DNA of 63,812 bases, filler included, from Octopus bimaculoides (lineage: Eukaryota): the NCBI RefSeq assembly GCF_001194135.2. It is 5 parts of 5 records of this genome, joined end to end, with 100 filler letters (N's around TTAATTAATTAA, not from the genome) between each part and the next. Parts side by side here need not be neighbours in the genome. Positions count along the whole stretch, not along the records: positions 59,062 to 63,812 come from NC_068987.1; 4 more parts are not named here. One strand, given 5' to 3'. Each line of letters begins with the position of its first letter. Position 1 is the stretch's first letter. Under the pieces are notes generated by a model. That model saw only the letters and a list, made by a program, of their open reading frames with translations, was not told the origin of the DNA and made no database searches. Of this stretch, positions 61,485-63,812 are shown piece after piece. The position numbers were made by a program, and so were the translations under genes.

Positions 61485-62800
61485 TATTCATGTTAATAAT
61501 TATACTCGGGCTATTTATATTTTTCGTTTTTGCTATCTTTATACTTTTATCCATTTTTTATTTTAAAGTTGTAATAATTGTTATTTATCCAAGTATTATT
61601 TTTGTTTATTGACATTTGTTTTATTATCATTATAATAATTATTATTATGATTCTTGATCCTATTTTTAATTTTATTTTTGGTATTATGTTCTCCATGTTT
61701 TTGTTTGATTTCTTTATTTTAATTATCGTGTTTAACATGTTTGTTATATTTATACTTGCTTTGGGATATTTTCATTTCTACTTTGTGAGGATATACTATT
61801 GTATTGTAGGTGTCTATGTTTCTAGTTTTATAATTTTCTTTTTTTTGCACTTGTTTTCAATTTGATTTTCCGTGGTTTTGCAATTCTTATTGTACTTAAT
61901 TTCATATCTTGTCTTCTTAAGTGCTATATTGTAATAATCCTTGTGCTTATTAAATACTTCTTCAGTTGAAGATAGATAATTGATTCTTCTCTCGATATTC
62001 ATATTAAGGTTTTCTATAATACTATGTGGGTGGTTACTATTTGCATTTATATATTTAATGTTAGTGTTAGGTTTTTGATAAGGTTGGTGAATGTTAGGGT
62101 TATAATTAACGTCAAGAAAGTTTACGGCGATATGTTTTTCAACTGATATTGATAGGGCTTGGTTCTTAAAGAATGTATGCAATCTCTTTTTGTAATTTTT
62201 CCTTTTTTTTTAGTATTGTTCCTTATTAAGTATAGGGCATCGTCTCAGTCCTCATTCTAATTCAGGAAATCCCCCTTTAAATTTATGTAGTAGATAGATG
62301 CCGACTATGTCGGTTACCTGTACGTAATTCTGTGCGCCCATTCGTATATCAAAGCAATCCGGCGTGTCGTTCCTTGCCAAATATTTACATTCATGGAATA
62401 TCCCTGCTTTTCTAGTCGCGAGTATGATTTTCATTTCTTTCATCGACAAGTTTGTTCTATTCTTAGCAAATATGAGTGTCTTATTTAAACTTTTATCACA
62501 CTATATATTAATAGCTAAATAGAACTATACATCATAAATCTATAAAATGCCAATAACCAAAATTTTCTGACTGACTTATAAACAAACGAAATGAATATAA
62601 TAGCTCTTTTGGACTCTTCAGAATGTTTTCAAAAAATACGTATATACATGTTTATAAATATGAAATACCTATATATGAAATACCCATGTTTAACATATGA
62701 AAATTGCTGTAGCTTTAGGTATAGGATCAAATTCATGTCTTAAGGTGTATATATATTTACTGATAGTATATTCAGATGATCTTAACACCCTCATCGTGGA
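60284..62800 (-). mobile_element. 5'-truncated Penelope-like element (Naiad/Chlamys-like RT and C-terminal GIY-YIG) flanked by inverted pLTR copies
   Basis: Minus strand FDIRMGAQNYVQVTDIVGIYLL (compare FDVTMGS.DGAEVCELVG.Y.L), VNFLDV...PYQKPN..IKYINANSNHPHSII, NCNCRDP, FTMKWK...CRFCL...SCRH. Arms 60284-60656 and 62511-62800 are reverse complements. Confidence 0.85.
61390..61490. repeat. (ATT)n microsatellite inside the Penelope-like ORF
   Basis: Direct reading. Confidence 0.95.
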
Positions 62801-62856
62801 TACAACATATTTGTATGTCTATATGTAAATAAGTATAATTCATATGTATATATTTG

Positions 62857-63030
<174 letters not shown>

Positions 63031-63812
63031 TATGTACAGATGTATGTATGTATATGTATGTATGTATAAATTTGTATATATTTATGTGTATGCATATCTA
63101 AATATATATGTATTTGTGTATCGACGTAGGCTATACCTCTCTACTGCGAATATATGGAGTATCGGTTTATGTGTCTATATACACGCACATAACAATATAT
63201 GGACTTGTACTTATCAGAGTTTATAGTCAAAGTGGCAAATACACTTGAAATAATTTCTATATAGAATGATTTAAAACATGTAGAATATATTCTTAACCGA
63301 CACATATATTGCTGAGGGAAAATCTTTTTACCATAAGAAATTTCTATGCATATGTATGTGTAACTAGGTAAGTACATGTGCATATGAGCACATATAATAC
63401 AGTATATATTTTTGTAAATCTATGGCCCTTCCCAAAAATGTATAGCTATGCAGTTTTGTATGGTCATGTGTGTGTATATATACACACGTATATCAATATA
63501 TGTATGTACGTGTACGTATGGGTGTGTATGTGTGTGTATTATATTATATATATGTGCGTGTGTGCGTATGTGTATGTATGTTTGCATATATTCTATATCT
63601 ATGTTTTAATATATATATGCATATGTATACGTATGTATGGGCATGTAAATGTATGTATTTATATAAATGTATATATATTTATCTATGTATGTGTGTGTCT
63701 GAGTGTGTGTGTGGGTGTGTGTGTGTGGATATTCTGTGTATGTGTGTAGATTTTCCTGCGTACATGTACGTATATGAATACCTACATATGTACGAGTGCA
63801 TGTACCTGCATT

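Noticed and set aside
60726-62449. Selenocysteine-coding Naiad with SECIS
   Set aside because: The conserved Cys positions I could read (NCNC, FCRFC, SCRH) use TGT/TGC; no SECIS recognised by eye.

Overview
This is AT-rich, gap-ridden animal genomic DNA, dominated by microsatellites and decayed mobile elements. The SINE and microsatellite make-up resembles what I recall of Octopus; this is inference, not a database result. I could not confidently identify any host protein-coding gene, and almost all long ORFs in the track are artefacts of N-gaps or microsatellites. Recognisable content: (1) at least five tRNA-derived SINE-like families in many copies; (2) four Penelope-like (GIY-YIG) retroelement relics, one flanked by ~300-370 bp inverted terminal repeats; (3) restriction-like-endonuclease LINE relics of the CRE, HERO and R4/Dong types, several nested in (TAA)n arrays; (4) RTE LINE fragments; (5) two Tc1/mariner transposase relics; (6) hAT, piggyBac-like, Helitron/Helentron-like and foldback elements. 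The most interesting signals are: a full-length U6 snRNA retrocopy joined 5 nt upstream of a complete SINE (38496-39170); a set of hammerhead-ribozyme-like motifs, including a minimal type-I motif with a U3-A8 compensatory core (23738-23776) and several whose stem II is shifted two bases to pair with the catalytic G8-A9; and a tRNA-like Pol III cassette enclosed by terminal inverted repeats (44292-44530, 13468-14023). Translations, alignments and coordinates were done by eye; element boundaries are approximate.
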